Program-made: the position numbers and the translations under genes
Notes under the pieces: model-generated
Database searches by the model: none
Seen by the model: the letters and a program-made list of their open reading frames with translations, nothing else
What the model was told of the DNA's origin: nothing
Shown here: one piece after another, positions 50,571 through 60,558 of the stretch
Numbering within the stretch: position 1 is the stretch's first letter
How the letters are laid out: each line of letters starts with the position of its first letter
Source of the DNA: an uncultured Candidatus Entotheonella sp.
GTDB taxonomy: Bacteria > Tectomicrobia > Entotheonellia > Entotheonellales > Entotheonellaceae
DNA length: 64,000 nucleotides
NCBI GenBank assembly: GCA_965217185.1
Contig: OZ244252.1
Span: 576,001-640,000, forward strand
Direction: 5' to 3'

Positions 50571-51823
50571 GTCCGTCCACGAATCCTGCCCCACCAGCCA
50601 TCCGCCTCGGCATCGACCGCCTCGCTGACGACCCCGGCCTGCGCGCGCCGCTGCGCGGGCGGCGGGTGGCATTGCTGGGGCATCCCGCCTCCGTGACCGC
50701 AGACCTGCAGCACAGCCTGGACGCGCTGGCCGCCATGCCGGAGGTGCGTCTGACGTGCGCCTTCGGGCCGCAGCACGGCATGCGCGGCGACAAGCAGGAC
50801 AACATGGTGGAGTCCGCCGACTACCGTGACCCGGTGCACGGGATGCCGGTGCACAGTCTGTACGGCGAGGTGCGGCGACCGACGGCGGCCATGCTGGATG
50901 GGTTCGACGTGCTGCTGGTGGAATTGCAGGACGTCGGCTGCCGTATCTACACGTTCATTACCACGCTGCGCTACATGCTGGAAGCGTGCTCGGCGCACGG
51001 CAAGGCCGTGTGGGTGCTGGACCGGCCGAATCCCGCCGGACGCGCCGTGGAGGGGCTGCGGCTGGAGCCCGGCTGGGAGAGCTTTGTCGGCTCGGCGCCG
51101 CTGCCGATGCGCCACGGGCTGACCATTGGGGAGCTCGCCCGCTGGTTCGTGCGGCACTTCAGGCTGGACGTGGACCTGCGGGTGATCGAGATGACGGGTT
51201 ACGACCCGGATCGAGGGCCGGGTTACGGCTGGCCGGTGGGGGAACTGTCGTGGGTCAATCCCAGCCCCAATGCTGCAGGGCTGTCGATGGTGCGGGCGTA
51301 CAGCGGCACCGTGCTGATCGAGGGTACCACGCTGTCGGAGGGACGAGGAACGACGCATCCGCTGGAGGTCATAGGGGCACCGGATCTGGATGCGCAGGGG
51401 TTGCTGGAGGTGATGCGGCGTCTGCGGCCCGAGTGGCTGGCCGGGTGCCAGTTGCGACCGTGTTACTTCGAGCCGACGTTTCACAAGCATGCCGGGCAGT
51501 GCTGCGCGGGACTGCAAATCCACGTCGATCATGGGGCGTACAGGCCGGAGGCGTTCAGCCCGTATCGGCTGGTGGCGCTGCTGTTGAAGGCGGTGCGGGT
51601 GTTGGCGCCGGATTATCCGTTGTGGCGGGATTTCGCGTACGAGTACGAGACCGAGCGGTTGGCGTTTGACGTGATCAACGGCGGGCCGCGGCTGCGCGCG
51701 TGGATTGATGACCCGCAGGCGGGGTGCGATGAACTGGAGGAACTGTTGATCCGTGAGGAACGCGCATGGCACGAAGAACGGCGGGCGTTTATGCGGTATT
51801 CAGGCGGTGAGGGTGAAGGATGA
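50567..51823 (+). CDS. namZ: Exo-beta-N-acetylmuramidase NamZ (DUF1343)
   Basis: FGPQHG.RG, QDVGCRIYTF, LDRPNP, RHGLTIGELA, WVNPSPN, SEGRGTT.P. Confidence 0.85.
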   Translation: MSPSTNPAPPAIRLGIDRLADDPGLRAPLRGRRVALLGHPASVTADLQHSLDALAAMPEVRLTCAFGPQHGMRGDKQDNMVESADYRDPVHGMPVHSLYGEVRRPTAAMLDGFDVLLVELQDVGCRIYTFITTLRYMLEACSAHGKAVWVLDRPNPAGRAVEGLRLEPGWESFVGSAPLPMRHGLTIGELARWFVRHFRLDVDLRVIEMTGYDPDRGPGYGWPVGELSWVNPSPNAAGLSMVRAYSGTVLIEGTTLSEGRGTTHPLEVIGAPDLDAQGLLEVMRRLRPEWLAGCQLRPCYFEPTFHKHAGQCCAGLQIHVDHGAYRPEAFSPYRLVALLLKAVRVLAPDYPLWRDFAYEYETERLAFDVINGGPRLRAWIDDPQAGCDELEELLIREERAWHEERRAFMRYSGGEGEG

Positions 51824-52330
51824 CGGGTGGTGGAAGTCGGGGGCATCGCCCGGGTGGTGCATGGCCCAGAAGGTGCGTTGCCCGTCAGCCAGGCGGATGA
51901 TGGCGGCGGGTGCGAGACGGTAGGAGCCGAGGTGCTCCAGTGCTGCGATAGGGACGGTGCAGGAAAGGCAGAGGCCGTGCGGGCGGCGTTGGGTTCTGAT
52001 CCGGGCGGCAATGCGGCGTTCTTCGGTCATGCCGCGGCGGTAATCGGCGAGGGCGAGGATGTTCCAGTGTCCGGCGGGGGAGGCATTGAGTTCCCAGTAA
52101 TTGGGGTGATGGATCGGTCCCCAGAGGAGCTCGAAGCAGGTGTGGCGCCAGAGTTGCAGACGCCGCGCCGGGTTTGGCGAGGGGGCGGGAAGGTCGGCCG
52201 GGCGGTTGAGACCGCTGAGGTCGTACTCGATCCGCAGGGTATCGTTGGCGATGGCGAGGTGGCCGGTGAGCGTGGGGTGCGGCATCTCCGGCCAGTGGAA
52301 GGGGGTCAGGGTAAAGACGGCATTGCGCAT
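51800..52330 (-). CDS. DOMON-like domain protein
   Basis: LWRHTCFE, YWELNASPAGHWN, FWA..H....PDFH. Confidence 0.7.
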   Translation of the reverse strand: MRNAVFTLTPFHWPEMPHPTLTGHLAIANDTLRIEYDLSGLNRPADLPAPSPNPARRLQLWRHTCFELLWGPIHHPNYWELNASPAGHWNILALADYRRGMTEERRIAARIRTQRRPHGLCLSCTVPIAALEHLGSYRLAPAAIIRLADGQRTFWAMHHPGDAPDFHHPSSFTLTA

Positions 52331-52385
52331 GGGTTGGCTCCTCGGCTGGGGGTTGCGTGAGGTGAATGTCGCATGGAGGTAGAGG

Positions 52386-52874
52386 ATGACGCAAACAAAT
52401 CGCTCGATTCTACGGTTTCAGGTCGTCGCTCTGGTGTGTTTGCTGGTGCTGGCCAGTCTGTCGGGTTGCGGCGGGCGTAAGCAGCGCGGGGTGAATTATC
52501 AGCCGCGTAAGGGGAAGTACGAGACGATTACGATGGAGGTGACCGCGTATTCGTCGGATCAGCAGAGCACCAATTGGCGGCGGGGGCGGATTCTGTTCTG
52601 GCGCGCCTACGTGGCCAGCGGGCCGAACAAAGGCAAGCGCAAGATCGTCGGGCTGACCTCAAGCGGCAAGTGGGCGCGTTACGGCACCATCGCCGCCGAT
52701 ACCCGGTACTATCCGTACGGCACGGTGATGTTCATCCCGGGCTATGGCAAGGGGGTGGTGGAGGACATCGGCGGGGCGATCAAAGGTCCGCGGCGGCTCG
52801 ACGTTTATTTCAAGACGCGGCGGCGGGCGCTCAAGTGGGGGCGTCAGACGCTGCCGGTGCGGGTGAGGCGGTAA
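52386..52874 (+). CDS. 3D domain lipoprotein
   Basis: Lipobox LSGC; VTAY, IAADT, VEDIGGAIKG.RLDVY. Confidence 0.85.
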   Translation: MTQTNRSILRFQVVALVCLLVLASLSGCGGRKQRGVNYQPRKGKYETITMEVTAYSSDQQSTNWRRGRILFWRAYVASGPNKGKRKIVGLTSSGKWARYGTIAADTRYYPYGTVMFIPGYGKGVVEDIGGAIKGPRRLDVYFKTRRRALKWGRQTLPVRVRR

Positions 52875-52879
52875 GCGCC

Positions 52880-53443
52880 ATGCGCAGAAGCGGGTTGGTG
52901 TTTGCCGCCAGTGCCGTACTGGCCGGAGCGTTGCTGGGGTGGCTGGTGTCAGGGTACGTACGTACGCCGAAACCGCCGGAAGCGGTGCGGCCGCTGGCGG
53001 GGGTGCCGTTGACGTCACACACGGGCGAGACCGTTCGGGTGGATGATTATCGCGGTAAGTTGCTGGTGCTGGTGTTCGGGTGCGTGTCCTGCTGGGAAGC
53101 CGGCAGTTCGGTGCTGGACGAGCTGGCCCGCGCCCTGCAGCGGCTGGATGGCCGCGCAGACGAGGTGCAGGTGTTGGTGGTCAGCACTGATCCGCAGCGC
53201 GACGAGCCCGGCTGGCTGGTTGGCTACGTGATGGCGTTCGGCCCCCGTTTCGTCAGCGTGGTGGGATCACCCGAGGTCATCCGGCGTGTGGCGGCGTTCG
53301 GTCTGACACCCGGCGACCTCGATGCCGCACCGGTGATGGTGTTGGACCAGCGCGGCCATTTGCGGCTGTTGTTCCCGTTTCGTATCTCCGCCCCGTCGCT
53401 GGCCGAAGATCTGGCTGTCCTGTTGCGCCCCGTGCGGTCGTGA
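52880..53443 (+). CDS. SCO family protein (degenerate)
   Basis: N-terminal TM, LTSHTGE, DYRGKLLVLVFG, VSTDPQRD. Confidence 0.7.
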   Translation: MRRSGLVFAASAVLAGALLGWLVSGYVRTPKPPEAVRPLAGVPLTSHTGETVRVDDYRGKLLVLVFGCVSCWEAGSSVLDELARALQRLDGRADEVQVLVVSTDPQRDEPGWLVGYVMAFGPRFVSVVGSPEVIRRVAAFGLTPGDLDAAPVMVLDQRGHLRLLFPFRISAPSLAEDLAVLLRPVRS

Positions 53444-53514
53444 AGCAAGGCGCCGCCCCGCGTGGCACACCGGATATGGGCGTGATACGATGCGCCGCGC
53501 GCCGGAGCAGTTGT

Positions 53515-53546
53515 TGTAGGTCGGATTAGCGCAACGTAATCCGACA
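53515..53546 (+). repeat. REP-like palindromic element (GTAG type)
   Basis: TGTAGGTCGGATTAGCGCAACGTAATCCGACA hairpin; second copy at 32168-32199. Confidence 0.7.
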
Positions 53547-53620
53547 TTTCCGACACACTCGTGCCGGAGCGATTACCGGCACCTTAAGGAATTGATGACG
53601 ACGACACGGAGGACACGGCT

Positions 53621-54676
53621 ATGACGCAATACGTATACGCGGGAGCAGGGCATTGGCTGTCCGGCGGTGAGGCGACGTCGGGCGGGCTGTTGCGCAAAGA
53701 GATCGACGGGCGCACCTGGGAGCCGTTGAGCAACGGGTTACCGGCGCAAGCGGAGGTGCGGACGATTGCCATTCACCCGGACAACCCGGCGGTTGTGTTC
53801 GTCGGCACGCAGGACGGCCCGTATCGCAGCACGGACGGCGGCGATCATTGGCAAAAGCTGCCGTTTCCCGATCCGGCGATGGTGGTGTGGACGATCATTT
53901 TTCATCCCAAGGACCCGCACACGCTGTTTCTGGGCGCTAGTCCGGCAGCGGTGTACCGCAGCGACGATGCCGGCGATAGCTGGCGGCGGCTGACTATCGT
54001 GGAGACCACCGGGGCGGTGCACATGGGGTTCGACATGCGGGTGATCCGGCTGGCGGTGGACCCCACCAATCCCCAGGAAATCTACGCTGGCCTGGAGGTC
54101 GGCGGGGTGATTCGCAGCCTCGACGGCGGCAATACGTGGGAGGACTGCACCGAGGACCTGCTGCGGCTGGCTGGGATGGAGCACCTGAAGAGCCGTATTG
54201 GCAGCGATACGGACACCGAGGGGATGATGGACTCTCACGCCCTGAGCATCAGCCCGGCACAACCGGGCACGGTGTTCCTGGCCACGCGCATGGGCCTGTT
54301 CCGCAGCACCGACCACGGCGGTAGCTGGACGGACATGCAGGTGGGGCGTTTTTCGCCGCTGACCTACGCGCGCGACGTGCGAGTGGCGCCGCACGATGCC
54401 AACGTCATGTATGCCGCGCTCAGCCCGGCGGCGCGCAGCGAGGACGGCTCGCTGTACCGCAGTGAGGACCTGGGCCAGACGTGGCGGCGCTTCGACCGCG
54501 GCGTGACGCCAAAGAGCACCATGATGAGCATCGGCCTGAGCCGCCAGGACGCCAATCGGGTGTACTGCGCCACGCGCGGCGGTCAGGTTTTCGGCACCCA
54601 GGACGGCGGCGAGACGTGGGACGAATTTCCGCTTCCGGAGGGTCTGGAAGACGTTTACACGGTGGCCTGCGCTTAG
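53621..54676 (+). CDS. BNR/Asp-box repeat beta-propeller protein
   Basis: Repeated RSxDGGxxW boxes (RSTDGGDHW, RSDDAGDSW, RSLDGGNTW, RSEDLGQTW). Confidence 0.85.
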   Translation: MTQYVYAGAGHWLSGGEATSGGLLRKEIDGRTWEPLSNGLPAQAEVRTIAIHPDNPAVVFVGTQDGPYRSTDGGDHWQKLPFPDPAMVVWTIIFHPKDPHTLFLGASPAAVYRSDDAGDSWRRLTIVETTGAVHMGFDMRVIRLAVDPTNPQEIYAGLEVGGVIRSLDGGNTWEDCTEDLLRLAGMEHLKSRIGSDTDTEGMMDSHALSISPAQPGTVFLATRMGLFRSTDHGGSWTDMQVGRFSPLTYARDVRVAPHDANVMYAALSPAARSEDGSLYRSEDLGQTWRRFDRGVTPKSTMMSIGLSRQDANRVYCATRGGQVFGTQDGGETWDEFPLPEGLEDVYTVACA

Positions 54677-54724
54677 GTGCGCCGGCTGACAAGCACGACA
54701 ACGATTTCACGCGATGAGGACGCT

Positions 54725-55492
54725 ATGGCGGACAGACTGGCGGGAAAGGTAGCCCTGATCACCGGTGGTGCGAGCGGGCAGGGAAGGGAGGCGGCGGTGC
54801 GCTTTGCCGCCGAAGGGGCGAAGGTGGTGCTGAGCGACGTGCAGGAGGAAGGCGGCGTGCGCACCATGCACATGGTTCAGGAGAACGGCGGCGACGCCTT
54901 CTTCGTGCCCGCCGACATATCGGTGGAGAGCAGCGCCCGCGACATGGTGGAGGCCGCTTTGCGGCAGTACGGCGCCTTGCACGTGCTGTACAACAACGCC
55001 GGGGTGATCGGCGAAGGTCGTGACGGCTTGGTAACCGATGTGGACGTCGACGCCTGGGAGTTCATCCTGAATGTCAATCTGCGCGGCATCTTTCTGTGCG
55101 CCAAGTACGGAGTTCCGGCCCTGATCGACGCCGGCGGCGGCTCGGTGATCAATACCGCCTCGGTGGCGGGCCTGATCGGCAGCCCGAACTCCGGCCACGC
55201 CTACGCTGCCAGCAAGGGCGGGGCGATTGCTTTGACGCGCGCCATGGCGGCCTCGTATGCGAAGTATCAGGTGCGGGTGAACGCGATCTGCCCGGGCACC
55301 CTGGAAACGCCGATGACCGCCGATCTTCTGCAGGTGAGCGACCGGCACCGCGAGATTGTCGCCCAGCACCCGTTAGGGCGGCTGGGGGTGGCGTCGGACA
55401 TCGTGCATCTGGCCGTCTACCTGGCTGCCGACGAATCGGCATGGGTGACCGGCGGCGTGTTCACCGTTGACGGCGGCCGCACGGCCACGTAG
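54725..55492 (+). CDS. Short-chain dehydrogenase/reductase
   Basis: TGGASGQG, NNAG, YAASK. Confidence 0.93.
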   Translation: MADRLAGKVALITGGASGQGREAAVRFAAEGAKVVLSDVQEEGGVRTMHMVQENGGDAFFVPADISVESSARDMVEAALRQYGALHVLYNNAGVIGEGRDGLVTDVDVDAWEFILNVNLRGIFLCAKYGVPALIDAGGGSVINTASVAGLIGSPNSGHAYAASKGGAIALTRAMAASYAKYQVRVNAICPGTLETPMTADLLQVSDRHREIVAQHPLGRLGVASDIVHLAVYLAADESAWVTGGVFTVDGGRTAT

Positions 55493-55525
55493 CGAAAGGG
55501 CCGCGTCGCGGCAAGAAGGGAGCCA

Positions 55526-55927
55526 TTGGTGACCACCATCCTGGCGTGCCTCGCCGCCCTGTTCACGCTGTCCACCGCCTTGGCGCAACCGGCGCCGATT
55601 CCCGCCTACCGGGACATGACCCCCCGCACGCTTCTGCGCGCCCCATGCCCGGCGGGGGAGGTGGAGCGGCTGGCATGGCACGCTGCCGGCCCCGACGGAC
55701 AACCGTTGGAGGCGTACATCATCAGCACCTGGCGCTGGCGGCAGCAAGACGTGATGATCGTCGAGTACCCGCCGCCAAACAGCGGCGAGACGACGCGTTT
55801 GTGGATCGACTTGGACGGCGATGGCCGCGCCGAGGAGGTCTACGACAGTATTGATGCGATGGGCAAGGTGTACCCGCACTCGTGTCTGATCTTCGAGAAG
55901 GCCCGCCGACTGGCTGATGGTGGCTAA
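55526..55927 (+). CDS. Hypothetical secreted protein
   Basis: GGGAG RBS, signal peptide, DLDGDG Ca-loop-like motif. Confidence 0.5.
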   Translation: MVTTILACLAALFTLSTALAQPAPIPAYRDMTPRTLLRAPCPAGEVERLAWHAAGPDGQPLEAYIISTWRWRQQDVMIVEYPPPNSGETTRLWIDLDGDGRAEEVYDSIDAMGKVYPHSCLIFEKARRLADGG

Positions 55928-56440
55928 ACGGTTGGCCGCTTGGTAATCGGGTTCGAATTCAGATACCGCCGCAGCACGTACAGGCCATCCGGCGTGTAGG
56001 GCGTGTGCCCGGCGTGCGACAGGACGTCCGCCACCGGCATGAGCGCTTTCTACTTCCTCTTCCTGTTCCTGCAAGACCAATTCCCCGTCATACACGCACG
56101 AGAAAACGCTGCCCCACACCTGGGTGTCGTCGTCCGCGTAGTGGAAGACGAACTGGTGGGCGAGGGGCACGTCGTGAATGCCGACCTCCTCGGCGAGCTC
56201 GCGCCGGGCGCCCGCCTCGTAGGTCTCGCCGGCAAGAACGACGCCCCCGGCGGCGATGTCGTAGTAGCTGGGGAAAACGTCCTTCGTGGCGGTGCGTTTC
56301 CGCACGCACAAGTCGCCGCGGGAATTGAAGACCAAAATGTAGGTGCTGCGATGCGGGAGGCGATTCTGCCGCATGTCCCAGCGGAGCGCGGACCCGACGA
56401 CGCGGTTCTGGTCATCGACGATGGCGACGATTTCATCGGC
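55924..56440 (-). pseudogene. NUDIX hydrolase (YfcD/IDI-like), frameshifted duplicate
   Basis: Near-identical to 63531-64000 but with a 5-nt deletion and 6-nt insertion near 56043-56066 and no in-frame ATG; Nudix box GETYEAGARRELAEEVG. Confidence 0.85.
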
Positions 56441-56554
56441 AAGGTCCTGTTCAGGTTCAGACAAGTAGAAGGCCAGGATTACTTTGGGGTAAGATAGCGG
56501 CTCTGTCGATTGGCAGTTGACACTGTTGTACAGTCTTCTGTGAAAGGCTTTGCG

Positions 56555-57283
56555 ATGCCACGATCTACACTTGCGACGCTCGATATCGAGTACCCGGATT
56601 CGGACGGTCTGCCCATGGCCGAAAGTGAGTTCCAGTTCAACCCTATCGTATATGCCGTCGGGGCCCTTCGGAACCACTTCCAGGACCACGACAACATCTA
56701 TGTTGTTGGCAACCTGTTGCTGTATCACGAAGAAGGCAATCGATCGGCTTCGGTGGCGCCGGATGTCTTCGTGGTGTTCGGGGTCTCCAATCACACCCGG
56801 TCGTCCTACCTGCTGTGGCAGGAACCCAAAGCTCCGGACTGGGTGTTGGAAGTGACCTCGCGGAGTACTCGGCAAGTCGATCAGGGAAAAAAACGGGACC
56901 TTTACGCGCGTTTGGGGATACCGGAATACTGGCAGTACGATCCGACGGGTGATTACCTCGACCCGCCCCTGCAAGGCTTCGCGCTATCTGGTGGTCGGTA
57001 TGATACGGCGCTTGCATTGGAACGGGTGGATGCTGTCTGGAGTGCGTTTAGCCCGGTGCTTGGGCTGAATCTGCGTCTTGATGGGGGTGTGCTACGGTTT
57101 CACGATCCGCTGACGGATGAATACCTCTTGACGCACCTGGAAGAAAACAGGGCGCGACGGATGGAAGCCACAGCACGACAAGCGGAAGTCCAGGCGCGGC
57201 GGAAAGCCGAAGACCGTGTGGCTGAACTGGAGGCCCGTCTGCAAGCCTTGCAGTCGTCACCGCCGGACCAACCGGAAAGGTAA
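56555..57283 (+). CDS. Uma2 family endonuclease with coiled-coil tail
   Basis: YPDSDGLPMAES, VAPDVFVVFG, PDWVLEVTSRST, GIPEYWQYDP. Confidence 0.9.
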   Translation: MPRSTLATLDIEYPDSDGLPMAESEFQFNPIVYAVGALRNHFQDHDNIYVVGNLLLYHEEGNRSASVAPDVFVVFGVSNHTRSSYLLWQEPKAPDWVLEVTSRSTRQVDQGKKRDLYARLGIPEYWQYDPTGDYLDPPLQGFALSGGRYDTALALERVDAVWSAFSPVLGLNLRLDGGVLRFHDPLTDEYLLTHLEENRARRMEATARQAEVQARRKAEDRVAELEARLQALQSSPPDQPER

Positions 57284-57535
57284 GCTAAGCGGGAGTTGGC
57301 CTGCTGAAAGCATACCTTCCGCGGCTTCGCCCCCTGCCAACCAAGCATGACTGCACCATCTCACCAGGGAATACAGGAGGCGTAAGCGTCCAAGGGTCTG
57401 CCTTAAACACGCCCGTCTAAACGCATACGTTCTTGTTACTGGCTTGATAGAGTCCTTGTCGCGTGGGCGGGAAACATAAATTGGGTGTGTTCTGACAGCA
57501 TACTGTTAGCAGGCAAACAAACTGGACCTATTTGA

Positions 57536-57946
57536 TTAGGCTATGACATTCGGAACGATGCCAGCGTTGATGAAAGTCAGCACCTCGGAGATGTCTGCCA
57601 TAGGTACTTTTGCACGTCGCGCGTGGTTGTTGAGAATTGCCATTTGCCTTCCTTGCCTCTGTTGTGTTCTGCGTGAGGCGTAGGTCACGTCGTACAGAGT
57701 GTACCCGGCTTCCTGGAATATGCGACGGACAATTTCAGGGAAAGGTATCCTCTCTCCAGTCGTTATGGCTCTGCTATTGGGAACGATGATCGTGCAGCGA
57801 CCATTATCTGGCTGTGCCTGTTTGAATCGTTTCGCGATTGTTGTTATGGCGTCGGCCCAACTTGCCGGGTCCATGTTAGCCAAGTCGTTGGGTAAATCTG
57901 AGTACTGGCCGTTAGCCAAGCCGCAATACGGTGGGTCCATAATAAT
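57536..57946 (-). pseudogene. C-terminal fragment of an amino-DNA methyltransferase, cut by IS5
   Basis: IIMDPPY motif IV immediately at the IS boundary; no SAM-binding motif I retained. Confidence 0.7.
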
Positions 57947-59234
57947 GGGCATCTCTAATAATACCCATCTCCCACGTGGTTTAGAATCACTGAAACACGT
58001 CAACCAACAAGGCCGGAGGAGTGCAACATGGCTCAGATGGGCTTTTTCGATATCGAGAATCGCTACGCCGCTCTGGACGCCAAAAACGATCCCCTGGTGA
58101 AGGTCAACGCTGCCGTTCCGTGGGAAGCGTTCCGCAGCCGCCTGGAGAGAGTCTGGCGCAAGCCAGCCGACAAGCGCAAGTCCAATGCGGGGTGCAAGCC
58201 GTGGGATGCCATCGTCATGTTCAAGGCCATCATTTTGTGCGCCCTCTACAATCTGTCGGACGACCAGGTCGAGTATCAGATGCGCGACCGCCTGTCCTTT
58301 GTGCGCTTCTTGGCCTTGACACTCGAAGACAAGGTGCCCGATGCCAAGACGGTGTGGCTCTACCGCGAACAGTTGTCACAGGCCGGCCTCATCGATGCCT
58401 TGTTCGAGGATTTCGACGGCTACCTGAAAAGCCAGGGCTACCAGGCAATGGGTGGCCAGATCATCGATGCTTCGATTGTCGCGGTTCCCATGCAACGCAA
58501 TCGTCGTGACGACAATGAGCAGATCAAACGGGGTGAGACACCTGAGGCCTGGGCCGACAAGCCAGCCAAGCGTCGACAAAAGGACAGGGATGCGCGCTGG
58601 ACGAAGAAGCACGGCAAGAGCCACTATGGCTACAAGAATCACGTCACCATCGACCGTCGGCACAAGCTGATACGGCGTTACCGGGTGACGGATGCGGCGG
58701 TGCACGACAGCCAAGTGATTGAGGAGTTGCTTACGTCGGACAACACGGCAAGCGGTGTCTGGGCGGACAGCGCCTAGCGGTCGAAAGCCATTGAAGCGAC
58801 GCTGAAGGCCAGGGGTTTGAGGAGTCGGATTCATCGCAAGGGCTATCGCAACCGTCCGTTGCGTGATTGGGAGAAAGCAGGCAACCAGAGCCGTTCACGG
58901 TTTCGGGTACGGGTAGAGCATGTCTTCGGGGCGCAGCAAAACGACATGGGCGGGACGTTGGTTCGCAGCATCGGGCTTGTACGGGCGAGGGCGCGGATAG
59001 GTCTTAAGAACCTTGCCTACAACATGCGTCGCCTGATTCAATTACAACGCCTTGCGAGCGCCAGTTGAGCGCCAACGGTGCGGAAGGGTGCACCGGAGGC
59101 CCTCATTGGAAGGCGAATCCTCCTTGCTGGGAGGCAGTCCCCCTGGACAGCCGAGTTCATTTTCTCACCGACATGCCAGCGAATTGCCACTCTCGCCATC
59201 TATGACTATCCACGAGGCATTTTTCGAGATGCCC
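57947..59234 (+). mobile_element. IS5-family insertion sequence, copy 1
   Basis: IRL GGGCATCTCTAATAAT, IRR TTTTCGAGATGCCC; encloses a transposase. Confidence 0.9.
58028..59068 (+). pseudogene. IS5 transposase with in-frame amber stop at 58775-58777
   Basis: YNLSD..VE..MRDRLSF, VPDAKT, IIDASIV, YGYKNH, VHDS, WADSA*R, RVRVEHVFG. Confidence 0.9.
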
Positions 59235-60390
59235 ACTCGTCTCCCACTTGGTTTAGAATCACTCAAACACGTTAACCAAAAGGCCGGAGGAGTTGAACAT
59301 GGCTCAGATGGGCTTTTTCGATGTCGAGAAGCGTTACGCCGCTCTGGATGCCAAGAATGACCCCTTGGTGAAGATCAATGCCGTCGTTCCATGGGAAGCG
59401 TTCCGCAGCCGCCTGGAGAAAGTCTGGCGCAAGCCAGCCGACAAGCGTAAGTCCAATGCGGGGTGCAAACCCTGGGACGCCATCGTCATGTTCAAAGCCA
59501 TCGTTCTGTGCGCCCTCTACAATCTGTCGGACGATCAGGTGGAATATCAGATGCGCGACCGCCTGTCCTTTGTGCGTTTCCTGGGTCTGACCCTTGAAGA
59601 CAAAGTGCCCGACGCCAAGACCGTGTGGCTGTACCGGGAAGAGTTGTCACAGGCTGGTGTGATCGACGCCTTGTTCAATGACTTTGACGGCTATCTGAAA
59701 ACCCAAGGCTACCGGGCGATGGGCGGCCAGATCATTGATGCGTCGATTGTTGCGGTTCCCAAACAGCGCAACAGCCGTGCTGACAACGCCCGGATCAAGC
59801 AAGGCGAGACGCCCAGGGAGTGGGCGGACGAGGCGGCCCGGCGCCGTCAGAAAGACACGGATGCGCGGTGGACGAAAAAGCACGGCAAGCGGTGTGTGGG
59901 CGGACAGCGCCTAGCGGTCGAAAGACATTGAGGAGAAGATCAAGGGAAAGGGTTTGACGAGTCGGATCCATCGCAAGGCTTGTCGTAACCGTCCATTGCG
60001 TGATTGGGAGAAGGCCGGCAACAGAAGTCGTTCACGGTTTCGGGTCCGGGTAGAGCATGTCTTCGGGGCACAGCACAACGACATGGGCGGGACGTTGGTT
60101 CGCAGCATCGGGCTTGTACGGGCGACGGCGCGCATCGGGCTCAAGAATCTCGCCTACAACATGCGGCGCCTGGTTGGGTTGCAGCGTCTTGGGACGGTGG
60201 GTTGAGCGTAAGCGGTGCGAGGGGTGTACCGGATGTCCTCTTTGACAGGCAAATCCCCGTTGCCGGGAGACGAAATGCCCCGGAAAGCCGAGTTTATTTT
60301 CCCACCGAAACGGTGCGAATGGCCAATCCTGTCATCTTTGACCATCCGTGAGGCATTTTTCGAGGTGCCCGAGTATTATTAGAGATGCCC
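59235..60390 (+). mobile_element. IS5-family insertion sequence, copy 2, rearranged
   Basis: Starts at ACTC without an IRL; IRR ends at 60370; its IRL sits inverted at 60375-60390 after GAGT. Confidence 0.85.
59299..60205 (+). pseudogene. IS5 transposase with internal deletion and amber stop
   Basis: Paralog of copy 1; 134-nt deletion between CACGGCAAG microhomologies; same GCC-TAG-CGG. Confidence 0.88.
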
Positions 60391-60511
60391 TTAAATATTG
60401 TTTTTCGGACAGATTTTGACGAGCTTCATGTATGCGGTTTCCCTGTTCCACAATAGCCCGCCCAGCGTCGGTGTTCATGTTTGATATGTAGCGGTGCCAG
60501 TTTCTTGGCAT
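60391..60511 (-). pseudogene. N-terminal stub of the gene downstream of herA, cut by IS5 (probably the start of the methyltransferase gene)
   Basis: GAGGAG RBS plus ATG at 60511; MPRNWHRYISNMNTDAGRAIVEQGNRIHEARQNLSEKQYL is open up to the IS end. Confidence 0.55.
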
Positions 60512-60558
60512 GACTTTCTACTCCTCGCAATGAGCTTTCAGGCAAGCAACCGCCTGAT

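Noticed and set aside
55373..56974. 533-aa minus ORF that looks like a NUDIX fusion
   Set aside because: A chance open frame through antisense Uma2, the NUDIX pseudogene and its frameshifted tail
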